The position numbers and the translations under genes are program-made. The notes below the pieces were generated by a model, which was not told where the DNA came from, ran no database searches, and worked only from the letters and a program-made list of their open reading frames with translations. A DNA stretch of 63,744 nt, filler included, from Atractiella rhizophila (taxonomy: Eukaryota): assembly GCA_021432655.1 (NCBI GenBank). It is 9 parts of 9 records of this genome, joined end to end, with 100 filler letters (N's around TTAATTAATTAA, not from the genome) between each part and the next. Parts side by side here need not be neighbours in the genome. Positions count along the whole stretch, not along the records: positions 42,297 to 50,516 come from MU272162.1; positions 50,617 to 58,830 come from MU272163.1; positions 58,931 to 61,865 come from MU272187.1; positions 61,966 to 63,744 come from MU272204.1; 5 more parts are not named here. The stretch is one strand, 5' to 3'. Below, in pieces: positions 49,563 to 62,910 of the stretch. How positions within the stretch are numbered: position 1 is the stretch's first letter; each line of letters opens with the position of its first letter.

Positions 49563-50516
49563 ATGGACCCCAACGATCTATCACAGGTTCTACCAAGTTC
49601 CCCATCGAAGAAAGCTCGGCTCGCCATTGATGGAACAGCGACCTGCCAACAAACATTTGAGGACCCGATAACCACAATCGAAGAGCAGAATGACGAAAGT
49701 ACTGTGGAATTTGCAACTGATTTGACGGAGGAGGAAGTGAGAAAGTCAAGGAAGTATCAAGATGAAGCACTTGTTGCTGCAAAGGCTGGGAACGTTATTG
49801 TCAGGATGCCTACGGTGCGTATCACGATTAGTTCGCAACTTGTGCCAAGAAGCTTGTTTTTCATTCTGCTACATAGGCATGAAAGCCTGCTGATCCAGCT
49901 TGTCAAAAGCAGTCTTCTTGAAACTGTCACACTTTTAGCCTTTTGAAAGCCACAGAGCAGGATCAGCTCACTGATTCATTTAGGGATCTGGAAAGACAAT
50001 GGTGGCAACTATGCTGATAAAAGACATGTTGTCCTCACCCCTGAGCCAAGGTGATACCACACCCAAGGTCCGCCTCTTCACCTCCACTTAAATTGTGTTT
50101 CCAAATCCCGCTTGACAGAAAATCATCTTCCTTGTTCATACAACGCTCCTTGTGCACCAGCACCACGCCACACTCTCCGCCTCACTCCCATCCCTCCATT
50201 CCTCCTCATCTCTCAAATCCTACTATGGCATGGGGTACGACGACTGGTCATCCTCAAAATGGGAAGCCGAGTTCGAAGAGCTCGCTGTGGCGATCATGAC
50301 GGCCCAAATCTTTCTGAACCAGCTCCGAGCTGGGACGTGGAAAATGAACCGGTGCCAGCTCATTGTCTTTGATGAGTGCCATAATGCCACGAGAAATCAT
50401 CCCTACGTTGCGATCATGAAGGAAGTTTATCATCAGATGCCTGCAGAGGAGAGACCAAAGATTTTAGGCCTCACTGCAAGCCCGATTCAGGATCCACAGG
50501 CTGATAAGGCGAAGAA
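49563..50516 (+). CDS. Dicer-like DExD/H helicase N-terminus, 3'-truncated
   Basis: RKYQ...NVIVRMPT|GSGKT; IFLV...LVHQ; IMTAQIFLN; LIVFDECHNATRNHPYVAIM; RPKILGLTASP. Confidence 0.88.
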
Positions 50517-50616
50517 NNNNNNNNNNNNNNNNNNNNNNNNNNNNNNNNNNNNNNNNNNNNTTAATTAATTAANNNNNNNNNNNNNNNNNNNNNNNNNNNN
50601 NNNNNNNNNNNNNNNN

Positions 50617-51632
50617 AACCTTCACGAAAGACTTGCAGTTTTCAAAGACAGCATGGCGATCTCTCGAAAGATGTACTCTGACCGGAAGGAAAGTTCGAAT
50701 TCTCGTCGTACGCGGATGTAACCAAGGATTAGTGTTGCCGACAGCGATAGATCCATCGTTACTCCCAACTAGACCATACATACCTTCAGTATTGCTCAAT
50801 TATGAGTAGTAGCTCTTCTCACAAATGTCCAGCAGAGCAGGGTTCGCATGATCTAATATCTGTCAGGAACATCTTACTCCAGTTAAGCGACCGTACAAAG
50901 TGAAGTCGTTCCTCCTTTAGTTCTCTGTCTCCGTTTGCAAAGACGGCTGATCCGAAGAGTGAGACATAAAGATGGAGGGCAGATGAGGCTTACGACCACT
51001 CAATGCGAAGAGAATTCCGCTCGTGAAGCAACAGGATATAACAATGAAAGCATATACTTTGAAAACGATCTTGGTGAGTTTTGACTGGAGGAGCTGCAAG
51101 CGCAGTAAGGTGAGGCGACCAGTGAGTTTTTAGGTAACGTGTGGTGAACAGTTCAAGAGGACGAACATTATGACACCGTCTCGCAAAGAAGATTTGAGAC
51201 ATAACCCCTGCGATCACGGGGGATGCTGAAAACACCTCACTATTCAGCGCGGCTTTCTGGGGATATGACAGGAACTTACCAATCATAACTGATTCCAACT
51301 CAAACCACGGCCACTGCCTTTCAACAAGGTAACGCCAGCTCAACTACAGGATACTTGCGTCAGTTAGCCATTGGGACAAAAATCGCACCGACACGAAACC
51401 CGAGAGTGTTGGAGAACCAGCAGTTCAGATACAGTGCGAAGATGAGGGCTTTAATCCACCGATTGTGTTCAGAGACAGCTGTCCGGTATACCTCTGGTGT
51501 AAGGAGACCCTGGTCTTCGCATCAGCTCAGATACATCGACGCGGGATCGCGAACAGTTAGAAGGCAAGAGGATGATAGACCCAACAACCAGCCACCGAAT
51601 AGCATCTGAGGGCTGTCAAAGGGCGATGCCAT
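50617..51632 (-). CDS. Multi-pass membrane protein (basidiomycete DUF6534/7TM-like), multi-exon; 3' end unresolved
   Basis: MASPFDSPQMLFGGWLLGLSSSCLLT|GLLTPEVYR...WIKALIFALYL; PVIAGVMSQIFFARRC; KIVFKVYAFIVISCCFTSGILFAL are successive hydrophobic segments. Confidence 0.5.
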
Positions 51633-52317
51633 GAGGAAGTTGATGCAAGACAGTAGCCTTCGCCCAAGCATGTATTAGAGCACAGTTAAATTATCACTGA
51701 GACGTAATCTCGTGTTCCAGAGAGGGTGTCGTCGTTTGCAAACCCAGATAAAAGCGAATGTCTCAGAATCAGTTCAGTAGATTAGCTGCCACTCACGCCG
51801 TAGGAGGGCAGGCTTCAGCAGGCGGGGAAAACCGAGGGGCAAACCGTGCCTCCAACCAACTCCATCATCGGATAACCAACACTCGAGAAAATTCAGAGGA
51901 TGAGGTGGGTGCATTGGAGTCTCATATTCCAGACTTGTGGACAATATCACCGTGACTCATGACCAAAAACTTGCTTGCTTTCCAGCTGCAGAAAACGCGA
52001 AAGCATTGGAACGGAGCGGAAAGGTTTGCGATAAAGAAGCTGTGAGGCAAGATGGGACACAATGCATCAACCCAGGGAGGAGAAGGTGGAGCGGGAGGCG
52101 AGGCACCGAGAGATCTTTATGAAGGTGGGTTCCTCTTCACCAGCTGAGATTGGGAATGGGTTTGTCTCGAACACTTTGTGAGGGATACACTCTGCTGAAT
52201 AGCGTTCGGATGCACTACTCCCTGACCGGACGCAGTTCTAAAGTGAACTATATGCTTCCGCGAGATCTATTGCCCAAGAGATGTTTGTGTTGTAACTGCT
52301 GACTTTCTGCACGCAGT

Positions 52318-54261
52318 CCTGAACGTCCCATCATCTGCTACGGACGAAGAGATCAAGAAATCGTACGTCCTTCCGTCCACTACTATAACCATCCAACGAT
52401 ATCATAGCCAGCTTTCGGAAGCTTGCGCTGCAGCTACACCCCGACAAGAACCCAGATGATATTGAAGGCTCCACCAAGAAATTTGCAGAGCTTCAGAGGG
52501 CTTACGAGGTTCTGAGCGATCCGAATGAGCGTGCCTGGTATGATCGAAATAAAGAAGAGCTTCTGAAGGGCCCAGTACAGCAGGAGGAGGATGGAGATAT
52601 TGAGGAAGACTTGAGGAAGGGCTCTTCCAACAAACCAACAAGAAGCGATTCTCCAGGAACTAGCGCAAAGCAGATACTCAGATTTTTCGATCCATCCAAG
52701 TGGAAAGCCTTTGATGATTCTCCAAAGGTTGCAATGCTGCTCCGTTGTAAAGAAAGTAGACTAACCTGTGAACACTGATAGGGGTTCTATTCGCTTTATG
52801 CTGCTTTATTTGCTCGACTAGCGTCCGAAGAAGCCTACCCCCTCTCTACCTCTTTACCTACATTCGGCACCTCGACCTCGATCTACGTGCCAGATGTCTC
52901 TTCCTTCTATTCCGCTTGGTCGTCCTTTTCAACGTCAAAATCTTTTTCATGGCGAGATCAATACTCTCTCTCAACTGCACCAGATCGTAGGGTTCGTCGT
53001 TTGATGGAGAAGGAGAACAATTATTGCCGAACTGAAGGACGGCGGGAATACAATGAGGTCGTCCGTTCACTCGTCTCATGGCTGCGAAAGCGTGACCCAC
53101 GCGTTAAGGATTGGGAGGCAGGTGGCGGGCGGGAGCGGGCCAAGGTGGAGGAGGAGAAGAAGCTTAAACTGGAGAAGGAAGAGAGGGCCAAGAGGGTGGC
53201 TAAGGAAAGGGAAGAGTTGGCCAAAACCTACCAGGAGCCGGAGTGGATGAAAAGCGCGAAGATTGGGGAAGGAGTCTGGAACGCGGCTGATGAATGGAGC
53301 AGTGAGGAAGAAGACGAGGATGGAAGCGCCATCGCGGAAGGCGAGGAAGAAGATGAGGATCCAGAGCTTTTCTGTGTTGCCTGTAATAAACGATTCGCGA
53401 CCGAAGCGAGCTGGATGAACCACGAGCGATCCAAAAAACACATCAAAAATATCAAGTTGTAGGTCTTCGCACTCTCTTTCCCCTTCTTGTTTGCCAAATC
53501 TGACACATGTACAGAATCCAGCGCGAGATGAAAGAGCAGGATGAAGAATTTGGCCTTCACGATGTTTCTCCAAGTGCAGAAGCTTCTGAAGATGACGAGA
53601 AAGCCGTTCGCGAAAAGCTAATTCACGATATCAACGCTTCTCTTGCATCTACGCACCTTTTCATGTCTCCTACTGATAATTCACAAGCAACTTCCGGAGT
53701 TTCGACTCCCGCATCTCACTCGAAAAAAGGAAAGAAGACAAAACGGAAAGGACAGGAAGCGCCGCGAGAAAACGATGAAGAGGAAGATTTCGCGTTTCCG
53801 ACAGGAATGGTACAGAAGGGGAAGAAAGGGAAGAAGAAAAATGTACAAATTCCGTTTGACGAGGGTCAAGACGCAGAGGAACCGCATGCTTTAGATATTC
53901 CTCTCCAAAACGATGAGCCGCCGTTGAAAGTGGGAGAGGGGGAGATTAAGAAGGAGGAACAAGTAGAAGATGCGCCACAACTTAGCAAGCGTGAGAAACG
54001 GCGGGCTAAAGAGGCAGCCAAGAAAGCTTCGGAAGAGCGGTCTGAGGTTCAGGTTCGTCGATCCATGCAAATTTCCTGCTCTCACTTGGCTGAATGTACG
54101 GACAGCACTGTCATGTCTGCAAGGAAGAATTCACTTCGCGAACTAAACTTTTTGCGCATGTCAAGGACACAGGACACGCGTCTGCTCACGATGAACCTCC
54201 TCATGGTCTGAACGAGAAGAAAGGAGGAAGGCAAGTTGGGAAGAAGGGCAAGAAAAATTAA
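52318..54261 (+). CDS. JJJ1: J-domain zinc-finger co-chaperone Jjj1/DNAJC21; 5'-most exon(s) (about 52120-52280) unresolved
   Basis: [22 protein letters not shown]...[31 protein letters not shown]...[22 protein letters not shown]...[26 protein letters not shown]...GH. Confidence 0.93.
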
Positions 54262-54420
54262 CTCGCGTCCTCGTCCATGCCCCTGTGTACCTCAGCATCG
54301 GAATGTCGCAATGAATATTCAAAATAGTTACTGTACTTTATGATCTCCAAGCTCTCTTCCGAGTCGTGGGAGGTCGCACGGACGCGCATCCGCTGGTTAT
54401 GAGGTAACTAACTATCTACC

Positions 54421-56953
54421 ATGGATCGAAGCGAACAACACTCTCCGGAAGACGTGAGCTTTTATATTGCACCACGAGAATTAGCAAGTCTAATACTGCA
54501 TAAAGCGGGGCTACCGGATCAGTCGAGAGAAATATACAGATGAAGAACCGCAGGACACTTCAGCAACTCAGCCTCTCCTCCCCGGCTCTTCATCCTCTGT
54601 CCACCTCCCAGACTCCACCCCTTCAGGCTCACAAACGCCAGCTCCTTCTTATCATGCTCAAAGTAAAGGTAATGGGCGTTCGAGCCACCGTACCGTGGCA
54701 ATTCCAATACCGGAATTGTATGATGCTCACGGGCGGACGAGAGTTGAGAAGCCAAGGAAGGAATATGGATGGATGACCATTTTTGTTGGGATTTTGGGGA
54801 CTATTTGGAGTTGGGTATTTGATTAGCTTTTTTGTTGTAGCTGGGACTCGTTATGGTGAGCTTTTATTCTGTTATCTAACTGTTTGAGAATAAAGGGTTG
54901 TGTTGCAATGAAGGCCACCAGGTCAATGTCAACGTTATTCTGATGATAAGTGACGGCTTTGGGCCTGCTGGAGAAACTATGGCTCGATCATTCGTTCAGT
55001 ATTTACACAACCAACGTCTGGCCTCTCCAGAATCTATCAACTCGTCGGCATGGCAGTGGACCTTTGACGACGAAGATGGATTCCTTGGGAAGGACGTCGG
55101 TGGCATGCTGCCCCTCGACGAAATCCTGGTCGGCAGCTCCAGAACACGAAGCAGCAGTAGTTTGATCACCGATAGCGCTGCTGGAGCCACAGCGTTCGCT
55201 TGCGGGTGAATTTCTCGATAGTGCTTCCTAGAAAAAAAAGCTGAATGAATGGGGAAAGATTGAAGACGTATAACGGGGGAATATCGGTTACGCCAACAGA
55301 TTTGATGCCATGTAAGTCGTACACGACGGGAAGAAATTCAGCTGGCCAAACGTGTTTGAATAGGTGGGACTGTTCTTGAAGCTGCTCGACATTTACACTA
55401 CAACACTGGCCTTGTAGCTACCTCGCGGGTTTGTCTTAGATTGTGCTTCCTCGCCTATTGTTAAGCCGAGTACAGAATAACGCATGCAACACCCGCTTGC
55501 TTTTACTCACATGTCCTTGACCGGGACATGGAGAACGAGGTACGCGATTTCCCAACGACTCCGCGTGTAATTTCACAAAAGCCTTCAGATCGCTCGCTTT
55601 CTTGTTGGAAATGGTCCATTGGGTCACCAAGTCGATGTTGCTTTCGGTGGTGGACTTTGTCATTTCCTTCCGAACACGGACGATGCATCGTGTCGCAGGG
55701 ATGATGTCGATCTACTTGAACCTGTCCGCAAGCTCAATGGGCAGGTCGTCACGGACTTTACCTCGTTTGACAAACTCTCCGTCTCAAGCAGTGGAACGGG
55801 ATTACCTGTTCTCGGATTATTCAATGAGGACCACATGATGTATGAGATAGATAGGAGGGCCGCTGCTGCCGCCGATGCTGGAGCAAGGGAACCGAGCTTA
55901 AAGGAAATGTGAGCACTCAAACCGGCAACCGCGTTGACGCTGATGGCAGAATAGGGCTCTGAAGGCTTTGGGGATTTTGGATAAGGTTTCTAACAAAGGT
56001 TTCTTTCTCATGATTGAAGGTATGTCTTGTCTCGGTTGTTGTATCTCCCTCATATGTGTCGAAAAGGCAGCCGAATAGATATGGCGGCACACTCGAACGA
56101 TCCAGTAGGACATATGGGAGACATACTCGCCTATCAAGAGACCGTCAAGGCCGTCAAGGCATACGTTGACCAGCAAAACGTCAAAGGTCGTCCAACGGTC
56201 ATGATCTCAGTGTCGGATCACGAGACTGGCGGTCTGGCTCTTGGTCGCCAGCTCCATGCAAATCGATACCCCGAATATCTTTGGTATCCAGATGCGCTCC
56301 TCAATGCTACCCAGACCGCGTACAACCTTGGAGTCCAACTTGCCAATGAGAAGAATCCTTCTGAAGATTGGATCAAGTCTGAAATACTTGAGAAGGGGCT
56401 GGGTATTGTGGACGCTAGTTCACAAGAGATTGAAACCATCTTTAAAGGGACTGGGAATGCATACAGGAATGATAGGATGTTGGCAGATATGATGAGCAGA
56501 CGAGCCCAATTAGGATGGTCGACGAGTGGTCATTCTGGTGAGCTTCTGCTTCAGCCACAAATATCAATTCGTTTAATAGCATGTGGCAGGTGTTGACGTT
56601 AATGTGAGTAACCTTTTATCTGGAAACGAATGAAATTAATGTTTTTCAAGCTGTATGCGTATGGATATCAGGCAGACAAGCTCCGAGGCAATCACGAGAA
56701 CACAGATGTATGTCCTGCTTCTCTTCTGTCTTTGAGACCTAAACACTCTCGCAGATTGCATCATTCATTGTAGATGTCATGGGACTTGATCTTTCGGTTT
56801 CGACAAAGGATTTGAAGCGGTAATGCCGTTCCTTCTGGAGAAGGCTGCCATTGATCCTTTTGCAGAAATCTCAAAACATGGTTCAATCCTGACGGCCGCC
56901 ACATGGATGACACGACACATCTTTCAAGATACGCTGATCACCACGACTTTTAA
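54421..56953 (+). CDS. PHO8: Vacuolar alkaline phosphatase with N-terminal type II membrane anchor, multi-exon
   Basis: TM segment WMTIFVGILGLFGVGYLISFFVV; NVILMISDGFGP; ITDSAAGATAFACG; THATPA; FFLMIEGSRIDMAAHSND; SDHETGG; GHSGVDV; GNHENT. Confidence 0.95.
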
Positions 56954-57074
56954 ACGATGACTGAATGGAAAGGTCCTGCTTTATACCTTCAGTGAATTTC
57001 TGATTAATTTATCCGATTCTGATTCGCGCATGTGCATACATCCAGTCCCATCTGCGGTAGAATATCTCACCACA

Positions 57075-58548
57075 TTACCTTGCACCAGATTTGTTGTCTC
57101 TCATCTTCTCTTTCTCCAGTTTCAACCTCTCTTTCAGCGTCAGCACTGTACTGGCTTCACTCTTTCCTCGATTATTTGACGCCTGCATTCGTCGGAGCAA
57201 CTGAGCACGAAGAGTTGCTTCCTGATTATTCTCGGGTTGACACGGTGCTGTAATGTTGTCGTAATTTTCCGTAGGGCCTTCCTCAAAGTCGACCCCATTT
57301 GTGGACGTGGTGTTTTCTGTGAGGTTCTGGCGGTCCATGCCTTCCATCCGATTCTGCTGAGCAGAAAACGTCAGAGTCTTTCCCCTCCTTTTCAATGCGT
57401 TCTTAAGAGCCCTCTCAGCATACAACGCAGTAGCGTCAACAGGAGGGAGAACAGGAACCATCATCTCTTCCGCCTCACGAACTGATTTCACCTTTTCTTC
57501 TTCCAACCGCTTCATCAGTTGCGCTCGTGCTTCGTCTGAGAATTTGACTGGCGGGGGACGATCGGAATGTGAAGGTGAATGAAGAGAGTCTGCTGTTACA
57601 CGTGGCCGTTCTATGAGCCGTCTTGTTTCTTCAGCGTCTATAATCCGTGATGGCGGTCCACGAGGTTTGCTTTCCGTAAGTTGAAGCGCAGCAAAGAGTC
57701 GGGAGCGACCATGCCGTAGCCTGGATGCAGAGACGTCCTCGATTTTTTGTGTGGTCGCCTTAGCAGATCCCCGTATCGACAACGTGAGTGGTTTTGCTTC
57801 TTGTTGAACCATCGAGGTGTCGACGGAGTCACGGACAACTTGTAGCCCCAATCAATCATCAATGATGTCTGAATAACTCTTAGGGCATGCTCACCAGCTT
57901 CCCTTTCGCCCGCTGGGACAACCGTATCAGCAGGTACCCGTGGAGGAGAGCTTGACAACTGTCGAGATTGTGACCTCCGACTACAGGCTGGACTTGAGCT
58001 GCGACCTCTGCTTTTACTGCAGCTCCTTTCTCCGTAAATCTTTCTGGGAGCAGTTGGCATAAGTCTACTATCCTCACTGCCATCTCTGGCACTGCGCCTG
58101 CTTTTGTGATCAGCATCGTGATGGCTCGCTGGGTGGGAAACAGTTCTTCTTGATTTGAGATCATATCTAGGTCGGTAGCTGTCCGTCTTTGCCTGCTTCT
58201 CCGGTCGTCGGGACAGTTCTTGGAACGAACGTCTTCTCTTCTTGTCCGATGAACCTGTCAACAAGGATGGTCTTTCCTCTCGCGTGGTCGGTGCTGGAAT
58301 TGTAGGTAAATATCGCTCTGGACGATGGTACTGGATCACACTGTCCCATATCTGTCGCCCGTAGTCAGGACTGCAAAGACAAAGAAGAATGAAACATGCA
58401 AGTATATCCCTGTAAGGACTCCTGATGAAGGAGGCAACTTCGTGGGCAAAGTGTTCAGCTGTGCTTTCGGAGAGAAACTCTCGAAGTAATCTAATGGCCG
58501 CTTCCGACTTTGCCTCGAATTGTGATAGAATGGCTGCAGACTAGTCAA
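57075..58548 (-). CDS. Arg/Ser-rich hypothetical protein, spliced; start uncertain
   Basis: Three consecutive long minus-strand ORFs (58336-58548, 57638-58339, 57075-57851) linkable by short introns; ends LKERLKLEK. No known domain. Confidence 0.55.
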
Positions 58549-60360
58549 TATCAGTTAGGGAAGAGCGAGACACCGTACAAACAGTATAAGGAGCAAGAAA
58601 CTCTATGTCAATATGTTCCCCATCGATTGCTTCCAGCTACGTTAACACTAAGTTGACCTGTTTGGTCTTGTGATAGAACGAACGCTAACCTCTCTCCTTA
58701 TAAATATTTCTGTTCTCTTTTTGAGGTCCTTATCCGAAGCAAACTGCCTTGGTGTCAAGTTTCGAAATCTCGTGTAAATATTGGAGGCTACGTGCTTAGC
58801 ATAGAGACTGTTTCTGTATATGTACTTTCGNNNNNNNNNNNNNNNNNNNNNNNNNNNNNNNNNNNNNNNNNNNNTTAATTAATTAANNNNNNNNNNNNNN
58901 NNNNNNNNNNNNNNNNNNNNNNNNNNNNNNGGGGAGATGGCTGATTGCGGTTGTGCTGCTGACTTTCCTGCAGCATTTTCAAGTCGCGATGAGATTGTGG
59001 AATTGGAGAGACACACCTTCGGACACAATCCAAGCTTGCGGCCAACTTGCGCAGTTTCAGCTGCATGGGGACTCGAAATATGGATCAGAGGACGGTCGCT
59101 CAGCGAGTTTGTGTGAGATTCGAAATCGGCTTCGACTGTTTGCCTCTATTCCTGGTCCCCACAGGATTCAATTTCGCGCCACAACTTCCTAAAGTCACTT
59201 ACCCAGCACCTGGGTGCTCGTTTTGGACTCACGTTGGGCTCACTTCGGTGAGTTTTCAAATTTTGGATTTCCTGGACTCGAAACTCACTTTGCCGTGTAG
59301 GACTGTCTGCGAATGAATCTGGAAAGGACTACTTATGAGGTAATGAATGAACTTTAACGATCAACGTTGAACATGGCACTTTGAATCCCAGATGCAATTT
59401 CGAACTCATTTATATTGCAATGGAATGTAATGTCAGACAGATCCACACCATTAGAGCGCCAACCAGAACCAGTTGTGTGAACATCGAACTGTTTCGCCAG
59501 ACGTTCACGGGCTGAGATTGATCGGATCATTGGGCTCTGCAACCTCGATACTGTACCCAATGAGCTCCAGCATCTTAGAAGGTAGGTCCTTCTCACCCGA
59601 CACTTCTTTGCCTTTCGCAAAGCGGCTGCCCGCTGAATACGTGACCCACGACGAAGTGCAGTGCTGAAACCATGCATAAGCTCTAAGAATAGCCACAATG
59701 CATTCTAGCCTCTTCGAACCTCTGTCTTCATTTCAAAGAACGCAGGAAAGACGCGCTCTCGGACCTGCAACTTTGCCACTGGCTGAAATCTGGAAGCCTC
59801 AACTGTAAACTATTTTTATACAGCCTGTCGCTTTCTTCCACAGTTGCCATGAGCTCCCCCATGAAATAATTGAAGGAAGTGGTCAGCCTCTTGTTTCCTT
59901 CTCGCCTTTTGTCTGAAGAAACTTTTGGTTCCATGCGGCATCTCGGCGTCTGAAAAATCCGAATTATCCCAAAATAGCGGGTGTTCCCCTGTCGCACCAT
60001 GTCAATTCCTGCTCTTCGTGCCTTTGGAGCTTCTAAACCTGAGAAAAATGTGGAATACCTCAGTTTATGCATGGAGTATGCAGGAAGTATGCATGAGGAA
60101 AGAGTGGATACAAAAAAATGATATGCTTCCTCCCCTCTTCCGTTAGGCGTCGACGGGTTCCAAGAAAAGGTTCCGCGGACTTCTTACGTCTGGAAAGCAC
60201 CGAAGCCAATAAAACCATTGGGTCAGTGTCCGTGAATGATTCCCCCTTAACAACCATCCCAACCTCCTCAGCTCTCCCTTTGACCTGACCAAAGCAAGAG
60301 CGACCTTTTCTACACTCTTTTGTAACTCACAACAAAAAATTACAACGAAATTTTTTCAAG

Positions 60361-61535
60361 ATGAGGCAATCAGCTCTTTTCCTCGTTTCTGCGCTCGCCA
60401 TCGCCGTTAACGCGTCCAACATCAAACACCTTCAGATTTCCCGTGCCATTGCTTCCAATGTCACAAGCGCTGATGGCTCCAACGCTCTCTCGGTCGACAC
60501 GGACGACTCGGACTACGAGCCTCAGGACCATGACTACTCGGAATTTATCCACGACGTTGATCCAGAGGAGGATGGATGGGAGGATATTGATACCCACGGA
60601 ATGATGGTCTTCGATCACGATGTTTCGCCCGTTGAACAGAGCTCGCTCATTAAGAGGGCATATTCGGTGGATTCGAGCCCGATCAGGGATGTGGCAAGGA
60701 GGGAGGTCGAGATGCACCTCGACGAGAGGGGAGAGCTTCATTTCCCCAGGAGCTGGAATGACTTGAAGAGCATGGTCAAGACCGTCAAGAGGGGATTCAG
60801 CTTCAGTATGTTAATTTCTCCGAAGGGGATGGAATGGGTGTGAAACGATTTGTTGCAGAGGCGAGGATCACTTGGTATACCGGATATGATTTGAAGTACC
60901 CCAAGTCAGTCTTTGTTTCCTTGTACTGAGATGTCCATGACTGAACTGCATTTCAGCTGCTGTGACGTTCGTCCCCTCTCATAGGCTCTCTATCCTCAGT
61001 CCTAACTATTCTCTCAGAAATCCGGCTTCACTCCCACTGACAAATCTCTCATCGCGGCCACGACCCTCAATGGCTGGGCTGGCGCTCCTAAATGTGGTAC
61101 TTACATGAAGGTTCGCTTTTTTTGGATGCTGAAGAAGCGATATTTATGGAAATCTGCAGCTCCGCTCCACCAATGGCAAGAAGTCAGTCATCGTCCGCAA
61201 GATCGATACCTGCGCTGGATGTGCAAAGGGAAGCAAGCACGTCGACCTTACAAAGGCTGCTTTCTCTGCTCTTTATTCCCTTGATGTTGGGTGCGTTATC
61301 CTGTCTATTCCTCCTTCCAGTCCACCTGCATGCCGTGGGATGGGATGCTGACGGGTTTCTGTTGTGTTTATGTGACAGATTGGTCAACAACATTCAGGTG
61401 AAGCAGGTTCCCCAACCTTTCAAGAAGTACACCACCGCCATCGTACGTTTTCAAGCCCTCCATGTAACATCTCTTCTACCGAACTGATTCTCTCCCTGTG
61501 AACAGAAAAAGATCTACGGACCCAAAGTACTTTAA
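60361..61535 (+). CDS. Secreted RlpA-like double-psi beta-barrel (expansin/loosenin-like) protein with a long acidic pro-region
   Basis: Signal peptide MRQSALFLVSALAIAVNA; ARITWYTG...NCCD...PTDKSLIAA...KCG; SVIVRKIDTCAGC...HVDLTKAAFSAL..LDVG. Confidence 0.88.
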
Positions 61536-61965
61536 ACGCTCCCATCAAACGTCAAAGGATGGGATGGTGATACCTGTGCCGGTATACCTGCCTTTCAATC
61601 GGACTTGGAAATCTTTGCTTCATTCTTTTTCTGTCCTTCCTCGGTTCGATTCCCCTGTCCAAAAAATTCACCCTTAAAACACAAGTGACCCTGGCTTCGG
61701 TTTGACTTCTGCCCCTCCTCATCTCATTGATGAGATGGGATGATCCACGACCGCTTTTTTTGCTTTCTCGGTCGTTGAATTGCTTCATTGGTTTTTTTGG
61801 TCGGTCGTTCCCACTGTCGATACTCATTGTCAATTATATGTCAATGCTTAGCTTCAGCTATCGACNNNNNNNNNNNNNNNNNNNNNNNNNNNNNNNNNNN
61901 NNNNNNNNNTTAATTAATTAANNNNNNNNNNNNNNNNNNNNNNNNNNNNNNNNNNNNNNNNNNNN

Positions 61966-62319
61966 GCTCTCCCCGTCGCTAAACGGGTGACAAAACAGTT
62001 TGGCCGTTCTGCTAGCCTGTTGATTCAAGATGGTTATGGACATTGCACCCCTGCTCAGTCATCCATATGCACGGCCACGGCCATAAGAAATTACTTTAAT
62101 GATGGAGGTAACGATTTATTTGATCTGTCTACAGCAGACTGGCTCATGGTGTGGAAAGTGCTGCCGAAATCAGGTTCAGTCTGCAAAGCTGATGACGACA
62201 TCTTTGGGGACAAAATCCAGAGCTTTGAGGGGATGAACAGTGATGACTTCAAGCTGCAACAAACTATGAAGGAGCTTGGACACATGCTAGAGGGCTACCA
62301 CAGCAGAAACTACAGATGA
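61966..62319 (+). CDS. C-terminus of a TAP-like alpha/beta hydrolase (peptidase S33), 5'-truncated
   Basis: LLIQDGYGHCT..QSSICTATAIRNYFNDG|VLPKSGSVCKAD..F is the TAP-C motif with the catalytic His. Confidence 0.8.
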   Translation, partial: ALPVAKRVTKQFGRSASLLIQDGYGHCTPAQSSICTATAIRNYFNDGGNDLFDLSTADWLMVWKVLPKSGSVCKADDDIFGDKIQSFEGMNSDDFKLQQTMKELGHMLEGYHSRNYR

Positions 62320-62910
62320 CTTGGATATGGTTGAACAATGACTGTCACAGAACGTATAGCATGCTTTATCACGCCATATCATACAGTCACCTTCCCTCAC
62401 CCTCCTGAGAGGAAAGCATTTTGGTGAACAATCTGAAGAACGGCGTTGCAGGTTCTGCTTTGAAATACTAGCAAAACATGAACCTCTTGCCAACTGCAAT
62501 ACAATCGCCGTGCAGCATAAAATAACAATAGCTTTGCTTTTTAATATTCCCAGGACCTTACTAACTATGGGCCACGGAATGACTTACCATTAACCAAGAT
62601 ATTAGCCCATTCCCATGATAGTCCAATGATGGGACGTCCTCATGTTCTTCAATTCAACGCCTGGAACCTCGTTCCTCCACTGCCTCTGCTGGTGCCGACA
62701 GTAGAGACGCGTCACTTCTCGCGCGATTTCAGAAAAAGCGAATGGCGAGATGGCGATTGTTATCAAAACAAGTCGGTGGACGACCTCGTCGTCCGATTTC
62801 ACAGCCGTCGGGACGCCACCGCTCCACCAAAACCGCGACTTAAAAGACTTTTTGCGTTGGGGTTGAAGGCTCCGACAATTTGTAGCGGGAGGTGTGTTGC
62901 TGGATTAGAG

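Noticed and set aside
30544..50516. Apparent genome-defence cluster (KDM5, transposon, Dicer)
   Set aside because: The genes lie on different contigs joined artificially.
58931..60260. Short ORFs and exon-like pieces at the start of contig 8
   Set aside because: Possibly a gene 3' end, but no frame or family could be supported.
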